49,028 nucleotides of DNA from a virus. Taxonomy: Duplodnaviria; Caudoviricetes. Positions within the stretch are counted from its first letter, which is position 1. The number at the start of each line of letters is the position of its first letter. The position numbers and the translations under genes were made by a program. Where the stretch lies: positions 1 to 49,028 of the IMG/VR virus record IMGVR_UViG_3300005512_000052. One strand, written 5' to 3'. The notes beneath the pieces are model-generated. The model was not told where the DNA came from. It was given only the letters and a program-made list of their open reading frames with translations, and made no database searches. Below are positions 1-9,055 of the stretch, one piece after another.

Positions 1-363
1 GCCCTCGTCCTCCAGTTCCTGCTTGAGATCCCGTATCCTCACGAACGACCTGCCCGTGGTGTCTATGATCATGCCCAGTTTCTCCCCCTGGTAGTGCTGT
101 TGCTGTTTGCCCACTATCTGTTTTGATCGCTGTCTCAGTGGCTCCCTCGTGGGCTTCTCCCGGTCCGGCATCTTGAAGTCCAGTCCGCCCTTCCTCATCA
201 ACATCTTGAGAGCCGCGTCGGGGTTGACCTGTTTGAGACCATAGAACACCGAGGCCAACTTCCTGGCGATGAACGTCTTGCCCGAGCCCGCACCGCCGGC
301 GAAGAATATGGCCCTGTTGGTGTAGGGGTCGAACCTGCCTTCTATGATTTCACTGATCAGCAT
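1..363 (-). CDS. Zeta-toxin/AAA_33-like P-loop kinase (5' part; runs off the window)
   Basis: Not in the ORF track. Manual translation from ATG 363: MLISEIIEGRFDPYTNRAIFFAGGAGSGKTFIARKL...QVNPDAAL...GMIIDTTGR. Has Walker A GGAGSGKT plus NPD and IIDTTG motifs; open to base 1. Confidence 0.75.
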   Translation of the reverse strand, partial: MLISEIIEGRFDPYTNRAIFFAGGAGSGKTFIARKLASVFYGLKQVNPDAALKMLMRKGGLDFKMPDREKPTREPLRQRSKQIVGKQQQHYQGEKLGMIIDTTGRSFVRIRDLKQELEDEG

Positions 364-365
364 TG

Positions 366-614
366 TTATTTCTTTTCTTTTTCTTTTTGTTCAAGAATCA
401 TGTTTAACTTTTGAGTTAAACGTATCATGTCGTTGTCCAACATTCTCACTCTGTCAATCAGTGCAATCAGTGTGGTGTTGGCTTCACCCAACACAGGTTT
501 GATTTCTTTGGTGACCCAAGTCCAAACATAATAAACAAAATAGCCCAAACCAAATGCGGCTACAATTGGGAATCCAAATTCTTTTATCGCATTGGCAAGT
601 TCTATGGTGATCAT
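366..614 (-). CDS. Small membrane protein, YvrJ/holin-like (GFPI motif, TM helix, coiled coil)
   Basis: FGFPIVAAFGLGYFVYYVW hydrophobic helix; paralogous to the adjacent gene. Confidence 0.55.
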   Translation of the reverse strand: MITIELANAIKEFGFPIVAAFGLGYFVYYVWTWVTKEIKPVLGEANTTLIALIDRVRMLDNDMIRLTQKLNMILEQKEKEKK

Positions 615-893
615 CTAGTCTTTCCTCGCATCTTCTTTGCCTTCGTTGGCGGCAAGTCTATCCACATTGGGTTTAACTCCTGTCACGTGTGACAGCAGTG
701 CATCTATCTTGACCAGGTCATTGTTCATGGTCTGCACTCTGTTGTCCAGTGCCTGTATGATGTTTTTAAGACCATTCACAGAACCTGTCACAGTTGCCAA
801 TATGAATTTTAAAATGATGAATATGAATACACCTGATGCCACAGCACCAGCAATGGGAAATCCTACTTCTGAAACAAATTGTAAAAAGTTCAT
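615..893 (-). CDS. Small membrane protein, YvrJ/holin-like, paralog of 366-614
   Basis: VGFPIAGAVASGVFIFIILKF helix; LDNRVQTMNND aligns with IDRVRMLDND of its neighbour; TAAATA just upstream on the minus strand. Confidence 0.55.
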   Translation of the reverse strand: MNFLQFVSEVGFPIAGAVASGVFIFIILKFILATVTGSVNGLKNIIQALDNRVQTMNNDLVKIDALLSHVTGVKPNVDRLAANEGKEDARKD

Positions 894-904
894 TATGTAG
901 GTAT

Positions 905-1069
905 TTATCTACCTAACAGTGTATAGAGTAAACCTACTATTAAAATTGCTGATGGAATAGCACTGGCAATGATCAACGTCTTGTCTTTGACAGCCTGTTT
1001 GGCTCTCTTTTTGGCTCCGCTGATGCCGTATGTTACACTTTTCCATTCGCAGTGGTTGTATGGCCACAT
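905..1069 (-). CDS. Hypothetical 54-aa membrane peptide
   Basis: MWPYNHCEWKSVTYG...IIASAIPSAILIVGLLYTLLGR; AGGAG SD upstream; below the ORF-track cutoff. Confidence 0.6.
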   Translation of the reverse strand: MWPYNHCEWKSVTYGISGAKKRAKQAVKDKTLIIASAIPSAILIVGLLYTLLGR

Positions 1070-1129
1070 TTATTTCTCCTATCACCCTGGGCCCGATATT
1101 TCTACCAGGCCCTGAGTTGTTGTGATTGA

Positions 1130-1513
1130 TTACTTCTTGATACCGTTGAAGAAAGTTTCTGTGAACTTCTGAACGTTCTCTTGATACTGTTTGAAGTTTT
1201 CTTGAATTGCTTCAGGCTTCATTGACTCCTGAACTTTTTCATTGAACTTCTTCACATTTTCAACCAACATCTGAGTGTTCTCACCAATTGAAGAGCCATT
1301 AGTTACAAACTCGTTGAACTTCTGTGCTGTTGCAATGATGTCCTCTGCTTGGATCACAGGGTGCTTGAATTCAGTCACCACTTGGTCTCCATCTTTTCTC
1401 ACAGATGTTTCGAACTCATTTAGTTTGATTGAGTAATTGAACTCAGCGATCTGTTTCGCAAGTCCTAATAGATCGGCTCTGATTTCGTAGCCGTTTCTTG
1501 TGTTGTTTGCCAT
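1130..1513 (-). CDS. Hypothetical protein
   Basis: 127-aa ORF with AGGAG SD upstream. Confidence 0.75.
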   Translation of the reverse strand: MANNTRNGYEIRADLLGLAKQIAEFNYSIKLNEFETSVRKDGDQVVTEFKHPVIQAEDIIATAQKFNEFVTNGSSIGENTQMLVENVKKFNEKVQESMKPEAIQENFKQYQENVQKFTETFFNGIKK

Positions 1514-1701
1514 TGTTTTTCTCCTTTTTTGTGTGTTTGTGTGTTGTTATATCACAATGTAGCAATAATATAACACGTTTATTTATGTGTGTCAAGCCAT
1601 CAAATTAAAAGATTGACAACCAAAATAGCATCTGTTATACTATGAACACTTACTTTATTATTGTGGTGTAATCGGTAAATAGTAAAAAGCAGGGTAGAAC
1701 T

Positions 1702-1965
1702 ATGAAAAAACGTACCAGAAGCATATTGGATGAGTTGCGAAATATAGGCAGAATCAACGACACAGAAGCCTTTATTGAAACCACAGGCTCCAACATCATT
1801 GAAAGTGCTGTGAATCTATTGAACACCATTAGAGAAAACTATCCAGAAGAACAAGCACAGGAATTGGAAAGACGTTTTTTAAATTCTATTCGCAACAAAG
1901 AAGCAAAGAAATTTCAAGTGGGTGTGAAGAAAATAATTGAAAGCAAAAAATCAAATGATTCTTAA
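1702..1965 (+). CDS. Hypothetical protein
   Basis: 87-aa ORF following TAAATA at ~1676; first gene of the + strand block. Confidence 0.75.
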   Translation: MKKRTRSILDELRNIGRINDTEAFIETTGSNIIESAVNLLNTIRENYPEEQAQELERRFLNSIRNKEAKKFQVGVKKIIESKKSNDS

Positions 1966-2704
1966 AGAAGGCGGAAATGTATTCAAAGATCCCAACGGAC
2001 AACTTGCCACTCAACGCATAAACAAAGCGGATGTGGCTCCCACTCTTGCCTGGTTGGAAAAAATCACTGGATTAGATTTACAAAACAATATGCTGGGCAC
2101 CACAGGCAAAGCACCCACATCAGGTGACTTGGATGTGGCAGTGGATCAAGCCAACACAACCAAAGATCAATTGGCAGACAAATTGAGCCAGTGGGCCATA
2201 CAGAACAAACAAGATCCTAAACTGTGGGTTAAGAAAAGCGGAATATCAGTTCACTTTAAAACTCCCATCAGAGGCAGTGCCAAGAATGGATATGTACAAA
2301 CAGATTTAATGTTTGGTGATCCAGACTGGATGCGTTGGAGTTTACAAGGTGGTGAACCTGGATCGGAATACAAAGGTGCAGACAGACACGTGATGATGGC
2401 TTCCATTGCCAAGCCACTTGGATACAAATGGAGTCACAAAGCAGGACTGTTGGACAGAGAGACCAATGAAGTGATCACAAAGGATCCCAACAAGATTGCT
2501 GAATTACTTTTAGGTAAAGGAGCAACTGCTAACGATCTCAACACTGTGGAAACCATACACGCAAAAATTAAAGGAAGATCTGATTACGATCAACTGGTGG
2601 CTGATGTGAAAGATTCATTTGCCAAGATGGGTAAAACATTGCCTGAAAGTATCACAGGTCCAATCAGTTGGTTCAGAACAATGATCAACAGATTGAAAAT
2701 ATGA
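1955..2704 (+). CDS. Putative Pol-beta-superfamily nucleotidyltransferase-fold protein
   Basis: LGTTGKAPTSGDLDVAV (G-S/T..DxD) plus a later QTDLM aspartate; likely start MILKEGGNVF at 1955. Confidence 0.55.
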   Translation: MILKEGGNVFKDPNGQLATQRINKADVAPTLAWLEKITGLDLQNNMLGTTGKAPTSGDLDVAVDQANTTKDQLADKLSQWAIQNKQDPKLWVKKSGISVHFKTPIRGSAKNGYVQTDLMFGDPDWMRWSLQGGEPGSEYKGADRHVMMASIAKPLGYKWSHKAGLLDRETNEVITKDPNKIAELLLGKGATANDLNTVETIHAKIKGRSDYDQLVADVKDSFAKMGKTLPESITGPISWFRTMINRLKI

Positions 2705-3834
2705 GACTGGTAGAATTCAAAGAAACAGATAGAAAAAATCTAGCACTGAAAGAATCAAGAATTCAACACGCAGAAGATTTAATTTTCTGGGAAGGCTCAC
2801 GTGGTGCGTCTAGAGCCATTCAACAGTTGGAGCAACTGACCAAGAGCACACAATCACTCACAATCAAATGGGATGGTTCACCTGCTGTGGTGTTTGGAAG
2901 AAATCCCAACGGAGAATTCATATTCACTGACAAAGCAGGCTTTGTGGCAAAAAGTTATGATGGCAGAGCAACCAATCCAGAAGACTTAAAAGGTGCTATC
3001 ACATCCAGAGGCAAAGATCCTACCAAGAAAAAAGCACAGGCACAGTATGCCGCCAAGATGGCTTCAGTGTTCAACACTGTGGCAGAAGCAGTGCCAGAAA
3101 ACTTCCAAGGATATTTTGTGGGAGATATGCTATACTTCAACACACCAAAGAAAGCAGGCAACAATTTTGTGTTCAAACCCAATGTGGTTGAATACAGAGT
3201 GAATGTGAACAGCGACATAGGAAAAAAGATAGCACAAAGCAAAGTGGGAGTGGTGATACATCACACCATGACTGAAGATGGAAAAATACTACCCATCAAA
3301 GATTTAGACATGATTCAAGGTTCAGTGTTGGCAATACCACCAACCACTGTGAACAAGAAAGAATCAATTCAAGTTAAAGGGTTGGATCAATTGAAGTCAT
3401 TGGTACAAAACAGTGGAGCAGACATTGACAAACTGTTGAACAAAAACAAATTGACTCAGATGAAATTGACAGATATGCCCAACATATTGTACACCTATAC
3501 CAACAGCAAAGTGGACACAGGATTAACAAGACTGGGAGAAGACTTCATACAATGGTTGCAGAACAGTTCTGTGAGTGCACCTAAAAAAGCACGTATCACA
3601 GAATATGTGAAAGGCAACATGACAGCATTCAGCAAACTGTGGATTTTGGTTGGCGGAATAATGAAAGTGAAAGACAACATCATACAACAGTTGGACACAG
3701 CACAAGGAGATATCTCAGCCACCATCAATGGAAAACCAGGTGGAGAAGGTTATGTGTTGGGATCACCAGAAGGCAACATCAAATTGGTCAACAGATCCGG
3801 CTTCACTAAAGCCAACAGAGCGATAAATAGATAA
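2701..3834 (+). CDS. KxDG ligase/nucleotidyltransferase-like protein (DUF6267-like)
   Basis: TIKWDGSP (motif I-like), VGDML, GEGYV and IKLVNR resemble covalent nucleotidyltransferase motifs; ATGA overlap start MRLVEFKE. Confidence 0.55.
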   Translation: MRLVEFKETDRKNLALKESRIQHAEDLIFWEGSRGASRAIQQLEQLTKSTQSLTIKWDGSPAVVFGRNPNGEFIFTDKAGFVAKSYDGRATNPEDLKGAITSRGKDPTKKKAQAQYAAKMASVFNTVAEAVPENFQGYFVGDMLYFNTPKKAGNNFVFKPNVVEYRVNVNSDIGKKIAQSKVGVVIHHTMTEDGKILPIKDLDMIQGSVLAIPPTTVNKKESIQVKGLDQLKSLVQNSGADIDKLLNKNKLTQMKLTDMPNILYTYTNSKVDTGLTRLGEDFIQWLQNSSVSAPKKARITEYVKGNMTAFSKLWILVGGIMKVKDNIIQQLDTAQGDISATINGKPGGEGYVLGSPEGNIKLVNRSGFTKANRAINR

Positions 3835-3844
3835 GGAGAACACA

Positions 3845-4234
3845 ATGAAAGCAAAAGAGTTTATTAAAGAGTTTAGAGATATTGACCCAGCAGACGATCC
3901 AAATGCGGGTATGGACAAAGAATTCAAGCAGGATTCCATATTCAATCAATTGGGCAAGATATTGGACAGTAGAGGCAATCCAAATCCATTAGACACAGTT
4001 GTGACTGATGATGGCAAAAAGTTCAAAGTTTCTATGAATCAAGCCACAATGTTGAGAAGACTGCTGACTGCTCCAAGTGTAAAACCTCAAGTTAAATTAC
4101 AGTTCACAAAAGACCTACAACAAAGTGAAAAACTTGAAAAGTTCTTACAAGCAAAAGACATGGTAGAATTGTTTATTTCTATGTACGACATAGAACAATC
4201 TGAGCCAAGTCATTACGACAAGTTCGACGATTAA
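3845..4234 (+). CDS. Hypothetical protein, probable virion internal protein
   Basis: AGGAG SD, TAAATA upstream, N-terminus MKAKEFIKE. Confidence 0.7.
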   Translation: MKAKEFIKEFRDIDPADDPNAGMDKEFKQDSIFNQLGKILDSRGNPNPLDTVVTDDGKKFKVSMNQATMLRRLLTAPSVKPQVKLQFTKDLQQSEKLEKFLQAKDMVELFISMYDIEQSEPSHYDKFDD

Positions 4235-4257
4235 CACAGGATTTGTCTGTTCAAATT

Positions 4258-5160
4258 ATGACGACAAAACTTACAGAACCAACTGAAAACACATTGGACT
4301 TTTTGAGTTCATTGTTTGAAGCACGTATGACTCGTGACTCCGGTGACCACAAGGTACTCACTTACACAGACTGTTCAGAGAGATTGTATCTCACACTGTT
4401 GATACTGCAACTGCTTAATCAATATCCCACATACAGACAATTGGCATCCAAATATGCTAGAGACACCAAACATTCAAACTACAACAGATTCAGAATGTAT
4501 TCCACTGACCTATACAATTTTGTGTATTTTGTGACAGGCGATGATGAAGCATTAAACAAGTTGAAAGATCCAGAAGGAGCCAAGGCAATGCGTAAAAGAA
4601 CATCATTCCCCACAATGGCATTCAACAGATACATCATGGCTCTTCAACAGGGTTTGATTGCTCCCAGCACCATGCAGGTGTTCTTAAACATTGAAAATGG
4701 ATTGCGTATTGTGAACACAGATTACAAAGCCATCAGACGAAATCTTTTTCAATTCAGCACAATCACTGAACGTGAAAAACAGAATTTGGTAACCAGACTG
4801 TTACACGCGGCAAGAGCCAAACTGAGAAGTTCAGACATCATAGAGCATCTTGAAAAATTAGCATCAGATAGGAATCTAGAAACAGGCAGAGTGGATGATA
4901 GAGAACCCACAGTCAGCACACCAGACATCAGCACACAAGGCAGAGATCTTGCCATGTATAGATACTTGGTGGGAGGTTCTAACATTGTGGCAACCAAACG
5001 TTTCATAGACTTGGCATTGGCTGGTAAATCAATTCCCAGCAGTGTGGTTCAAGCCTATCTACCTGCAATCAAATTGATTGATGATATTGTTAAAGCAGGA
5101 CCATCTCATGTGAGTGTGCTCAAGGCATTACAAAAACGAGCCCAAAAGAGCCGTAAATAA
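4258..5160 (+). CDS. Hypothetical protein
   Basis: ~300-aa ORF; start uncertain (TTG 4243 or ATG 4258). Confidence 0.75.
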   Translation: MTTKLTEPTENTLDFLSSLFEARMTRDSGDHKVLTYTDCSERLYLTLLILQLLNQYPTYRQLASKYARDTKHSNYNRFRMYSTDLYNFVYFVTGDDEALNKLKDPEGAKAMRKRTSFPTMAFNRYIMALQQGLIAPSTMQVFLNIENGLRIVNTDYKAIRRNLFQFSTITEREKQNLVTRLLHAARAKLRSSDIIEHLEKLASDRNLETGRVDDREPTVSTPDISTQGRDLAMYRYLVGGSNIVATKRFIDLALAGKSIPSSVVQAYLPAIKLIDDIVKAGPSHVSVLKALQKRAQKSRK

Positions 5161-5259
5161 TATAGTAGCACACAAATCTTACCAAAAATCGCTAAATATC
5201 TTTAACCAATCCACTGAGCGTGGATGGCCATTAAAAAAGAGAAAAAAAGGAGAAAAACA

Positions 5260-5583
5260 ATGGCAACATTAACTTCAAATGCAAAAACAGTAGCAGGTAA
5301 CGGTCTAGGCGGCAAAACACATATCGTGTCAGTTGGCGTAGGCGGTGGTGCTATTTCACAAGCACAATTAGATGGTATCATCCAAGGTATCACTTCAGGT
5401 GCTTCATTAGTGAATGCTAATGCTAAAACCGATGCTTTCACAGTAGCGGCAGTAGGTTCATTTACACCTGCTTCATCTACATCAGTGAAACTTGCTTTAC
5501 AAGGCACAGGCACACCTAACACAGCAGACGCAGGCGAATACTTCGCGGCGGCTACTGTTGCTATAGATGTAACTTTCGGCTAA
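5260..5583 (+). CDS. Small Gly/Ala/Thr-rich putative structural protein
   Basis: AGGAG SD before ATG 5260, TAAATA upstream, strong terminator downstream. Confidence 0.65.
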   Translation: MATLTSNAKTVAGNGLGGKTHIVSVGVGGGAISQAQLDGIIQGITSGASLVNANAKTDAFTVAAVGSFTPASSTSVKLALQGTGTPNTADAGEYFAAATVAIDVTFG

Positions 5584-5607
5584 TAGTTTTTAGTTGAATA
5601 GTATTAG

Positions 5608-5641
5608 AAAGAGCGTTCAGGAAACTGGACGCTCTTTTTTT
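5608..5641 (+). terminator. Rho-independent terminator
   Basis: GAGCGTTCAG-GAAA-CTGGACGCTC stem-loop followed by T7. Confidence 0.9.
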
Positions 5642-5677
5642 ATGACATATAAGTAAATGTGCTAGGAACAACGGCAC

Positions 5678-6088
5678 ATGAGATACAAAATATTATCACT
5701 ACTGGACATCACAAAGACAATGGCAAGGCGTAATCGTTCTCAAGACGACAAAGCAGTTGATCAATATGGCAACTACATGACATTTGAAAATTCACTTCAA
5801 TTGCGATCCAATGTGAATATTGTGTCAGGTCCTGTGGCTGATAAAATGGACATCAGCAATTTGAAATTTGGTGATGCTTACAAGGGTGAACACACAGTTT
5901 GGACCACAGTGATAGAACCAGATTTTCCAGATGCTGTGAAACAAGAATTCTTAGAAGAAGACTTTGATCTGATACCCATGATCATAGGACTGGATGAAAC
6001 CATCAACATCAAAACTGGTGTGTTCAGAACCACAGATCCAGATTACACCAATATTTTATTCATTAAACAGATAGATAATGAAGCATAG
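5678..6088 (+). CDS. Hypothetical protein
   Basis: 136-aa ORF. Confidence 0.75.
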   Translation: MRYKILSLLDITKTMARRNRSQDDKAVDQYGNYMTFENSLQLRSNVNIVSGPVADKMDISNLKFGDAYKGEHTVWTTVIEPDFPDAVKQEFLEEDFDLIPMIIGLDETINIKTGVFRTTDPDYTNILFIKQIDNEA

Positions 6089-6185
6089 AACAGTATAAAT
6101 AAATGTATAAGGCACAATTAGGCACAGACAATAGGCATCTTCCACGAGCAACACAATTGATAAACTAACCGGAAGAGAGAAAAAA

Positions 6186-6419
6186 ATGGCCACTGAGCTG
6201 GAAAAAACGAATCTAGAAGCACACGTTGATTTGTGCGAACAGAGATACAAGAACCTTGAAACTCGTTTGGAAAAAATCGAGGAAAAGGTAGAAAACATCC
6301 ACGAAGATATCCAGTCAGGCAACAAGAGCATGATCAAGGTGATCATCGGAGCAACTGGTACAATAGTTGCTGGATTGTTAAGTACCATTGTGGTACTTCT
6401 CATGAAGTTTCCAGGATAG
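6186..6419 (+). CDS. Coiled-coil protein with C-terminal TM helix (XhlA/holin-like)
   Basis: LETRLEKIEEKVENI heptads followed by VIIGATGTIVAGLLSTIVVLL. Confidence 0.6.
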   Translation: MATELEKTNLEAHVDLCEQRYKNLETRLEKIEEKVENIHEDIQSGNKSMIKVIIGATGTIVAGLLSTIVVLLMKFPG

Positions 6420-6468
6420 CACAAACACCCCCCACAACTGCTAAATATTCACATAGGGTGGATACAGT

Positions 6469-6828
6469 ATGAAAATTACAGAAATTGTTGCAGAATCGGT
6501 TGTTCAGATTTGGTCTCGTACCAAGGCTGGCAAAATGGTTCGCAAGTATAGATGCACAGCAGGTCCACGCAAAGGCAGAATTGTGAGTTCACCAGGAGTG
6601 TGTACTCAACCCAAAAGACTGAGTTCAGTGATGTCAATCAAGAAAGCCAAAGCACGTCGTGGTTCTGCGATGAAAGTGAAAAGAGCATTCACCAAAAGAA
6701 CTTCTGCTCCCAGTGTGAGATTGGGTGCTTTGAACAAACAGAGAGCCAACCGAAACAGACCACCTAGAAGATCAAGTCAAAGACACAGAGGTGCTTACAC
6801 TAGAAAACCAATCAAAACAAGAAGATGA
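6469..6828 (+). CDS. Very basic protein, putative virion nucleic-acid-binding protein
   Basis: Arg/Lys-rich; N-terminus MKITEIVAE; TAAATA upstream. Confidence 0.65.
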   Translation: MKITEIVAESVVQIWSRTKAGKMVRKYRCTAGPRKGRIVSSPGVCTQPKRLSSVMSIKKAKARRGSAMKVKRAFTKRTSAPSVRLGALNKQRANRNRPPRRSSQRHRGAYTRKPIKTRR

Positions 6829-7205
6829 AAATAAAAGAAATTACAGAGACGCCATACCTACAAAAAACGCTGAGTCAAATCAGTCAACAGGTAAAAACCG
6901 GTGCACCAGTTCCACCCAACAAACTGCCAAAAGGTCCTGTAAAGTCAGCACAGGTAAAAGCACCTGTGAATCAAATGAACAAACAAGCCACACAAAAGTT
7001 GGTCAAGCCAGGTGTTACCATGCCTATGCCAACAGGTCCAAACAAAGAAGTAGATTATAAAGTTGATCAAGTCAAAGGTGATGAAGTCACACTGAAAACC
7101 AACAGACCAAATCAACAAGCACCACAATCGATCACAGTAAACAAAAAAGATTTAGATCCTGTGATCACTAACATACAACGTAGACAAAAAGCACAAACCA
7201 GATAA
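6825..7205 (+). CDS. Hypothetical protein
   Basis: ATGA overlap; N-terminus MKIKEITE. Confidence 0.7.
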   Translation: MKIKEITETPYLQKTLSQISQQVKTGAPVPPNKLPKGPVKSAQVKAPVNQMNKQATQKLVKPGVTMPMPTGPNKEVDYKVDQVKGDEVTLKTNRPNQQAPQSITVNKKDLDPVITNIQRRQKAQTR

Positions 7206-7420
7206 TGAAGATAAACGAACTTGTACAAGATTTTGTTATTCACGCAACCAACGAGGAAAAAGCATTGTTGGCTAAATTGAAAGAAATAAAACAATTGGAT
7301 GATTTTTTAGAAAGAGATCAAGAAGTGATACGTAATCTTATTAACAAGAGTTTGGTTAAACGCATTAATCAAAAAGACAAAACACTGGTGGTGGCTAATG
7401 GATCTGCAAAAACTATCTGA
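7205..7420 (+). CDS. Hypothetical protein
   Basis: TAATG coupling; N-terminus MKINELVQD. Confidence 0.7.
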   Translation: MKINELVQDFVIHATNEEKALLAKLKEIKQLDDFLERDQEVIRNLINKSLVKRINQKDKTLVVANGSAKTI

Positions 7421-7826
7421 ACAACTAAAATCATTTATAGATGCTCAAGCAGAACGTATCTGTATGCCCATTCAACACGGCAACAGTGTGCGTATCAAAA
7501 ACTATGTGGTCCGCAAGAACAATCATGGGTTACATCTGCTGTATGACATCAAACAGCACAAACAGATAGCAACCACATTTACCAAAACTGCGGCATTGGC
7601 AATGGCTAGACAAATGGCTCAAAATAAATCAGAATACATACGTTTTATAGGTGCTACTGATGATCAAATACACCACAAATACAATGAATGTGTGTTTTAC
7701 AAGCACACAATAGTCAGAACCGACGATGAGATCAAGAGAGAATCTGCTAAAATACGATATGATATCGCATGGGAGGATTTACTCAAGTTAAGAGACACCC
7801 TGGACGACTACATATTTGATAAATAA
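7398..7826 (+). CDS. Hypothetical protein
   Basis: 142-aa ORF within the operon. Confidence 0.7.
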   Translation: MDLQKLSEQLKSFIDAQAERICMPIQHGNSVRIKNYVVRKNNHGLHLLYDIKQHKQIATTFTKTAALAMARQMAQNKSEYIRFIGATDDQIHHKYNECVFYKHTIVRTDDEIKRESAKIRYDIAWEDLLKLRDTLDDYIFDK

Positions 7827-7846
7827 ATTAGCAAAGGAACTAATAG

Positions 7847-9055
7847 ATGAAAATAGAGCAATTTAGACACCAAACAACCACAGAACAGTTGAATGACAGA
7901 CTGGCAAAAGTGTTTGGATCAGCAATCAAACTGGATCAATTCACAGATGAGCAATTAGAATCTGCTCAATCAAGCATTGTGAACAAACTTGCTCAAATTG
8001 AACAAACAGAGTCCTTTGATGGTTTAAGCCACAACGAAGATTATCACAAGCAAAAAATGTTCTTAGATGTGATCACATCTGCTATCAATGACAGACAGAT
8101 TGCCAAAGAAGGCTATTTCAAAAAAGTGGATCAAGCGGCAGAAGAAATGATCGGCGATTATTTTGACGCTGAAAAAGAATCACTCAAAATGAAAAAAGAC
8201 ATGGTGATTGCTGACATCAAATCAAGAGCAGGCAAAGAAGATGCTGACGTGATCAAAAAAGCAATAGAAAAAGTTGAAACAGAATTTGAAGATGATGGTT
8301 CAATGAAAGAACCAGCATACGAACCAGAAGCAATGGAAGGCAACGCATTTGCTCAAGCAGTACAAAAAGCCAAAGCGGCAGGCATGAAAAAAGGAGATAA
8401 GTTCAAAGTAGGCGACAAAGAATTCACACTTCAAGACGCAGAAGACTTATTACAAAAAACTATGAATGAAAAAGCAAAACCAGATTATATAGACATAGAC
8501 AAAGATGGCAACAAAACAGAGCCTATGAAAAAAGCAGTTCAAGACAAAAAGAAAAAAGCAGTCAAAGAAGGCGCAGAAGAATCTGCTCAGTTGGTGATGG
8601 CGGCTAAAGACATGGTGGACAAAATTACAGGATGGATGGAAGACACAGCGTCCATGCAGACAGAGTCAATGTTGGAATTAGCAGACGCAATCAGAGATGA
8701 AATGGGAGCAGAACAATCAGAAGCATTTACAAACTCAGTTAAGCCAAGTTTAGAATCTTTATACACCTCACTAGAAGCAACCAGAGAAGCACTAACAGGT
8801 GGCGTAGCCGTCCTGACAGGCGAACAAGCACCAGATACAATTGGTGCGGATAGCGATGCGGAAGAGCCTGCTATGGAACCTTCAACTGATGACGATGCTG
8901 ATATGGATATGCCAGATCAAGCAGATGACTTCGCGGCAAGCGAACCAGCGTCAGGTGGAGATGAACCAGCAGACAGAGGCAAAAGAGAATCAATCATAAG
9001 ACTGTCTAGAAGACTTGCTGAAACACTTTCAACAAAGTCAAAAAAAAAGGCTTAA
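7847..9055 (+). CDS. Acidic helical protein, possible prohead core/scaffold-type; ends in a slippery site
   Basis: 402 aa, E/D/K-rich, DIDKDG loop, TAAATA and AGGA upstream; ends TCA AAA AAA AAG GCT TAA. Confidence 0.6.
   Translation: MKIEQFRHQTTTEQLNDRLAKVFGSAIKLDQFTDEQLESAQSSIVNKLAQIEQTESFDGLSHNEDYHKQKMFLDVITSAINDRQIAKEGYFKKVDQAAEEMIGDYFDAEKESLKMKKDMVIADIKSRAGKEDADVIKKAIEKVETEFEDDGSMKEPAYEPEAMEGNAFAQAVQKAKAAGMKKGDKFKVGDKEFTLQDAEDLLQKTMNEKAKPDYIDIDKDGNKTEPMKKAVQDKKKKAVKEGAEESAQLVMAAKDMVDKITGWMEDTASMQTESMLELADAIRDEMGAEQSEAFTNSVKPSLESLYTSLEATREALTGGVAVLTGEQAPDTIGADSDAEEPAMEPSTDDDADMDMPDQADDFAASEPASGGDEPADRGKRESIIRLSRRLAETLSTKSKKKA

Noticed and set aside
3222-3228. In-frame A AAA AAG heptamer in the ligase-like gene
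   Set aside because: The A-run is short, the -1 frame closes within ~20 codons, and a shift would truncate the conserved domain.
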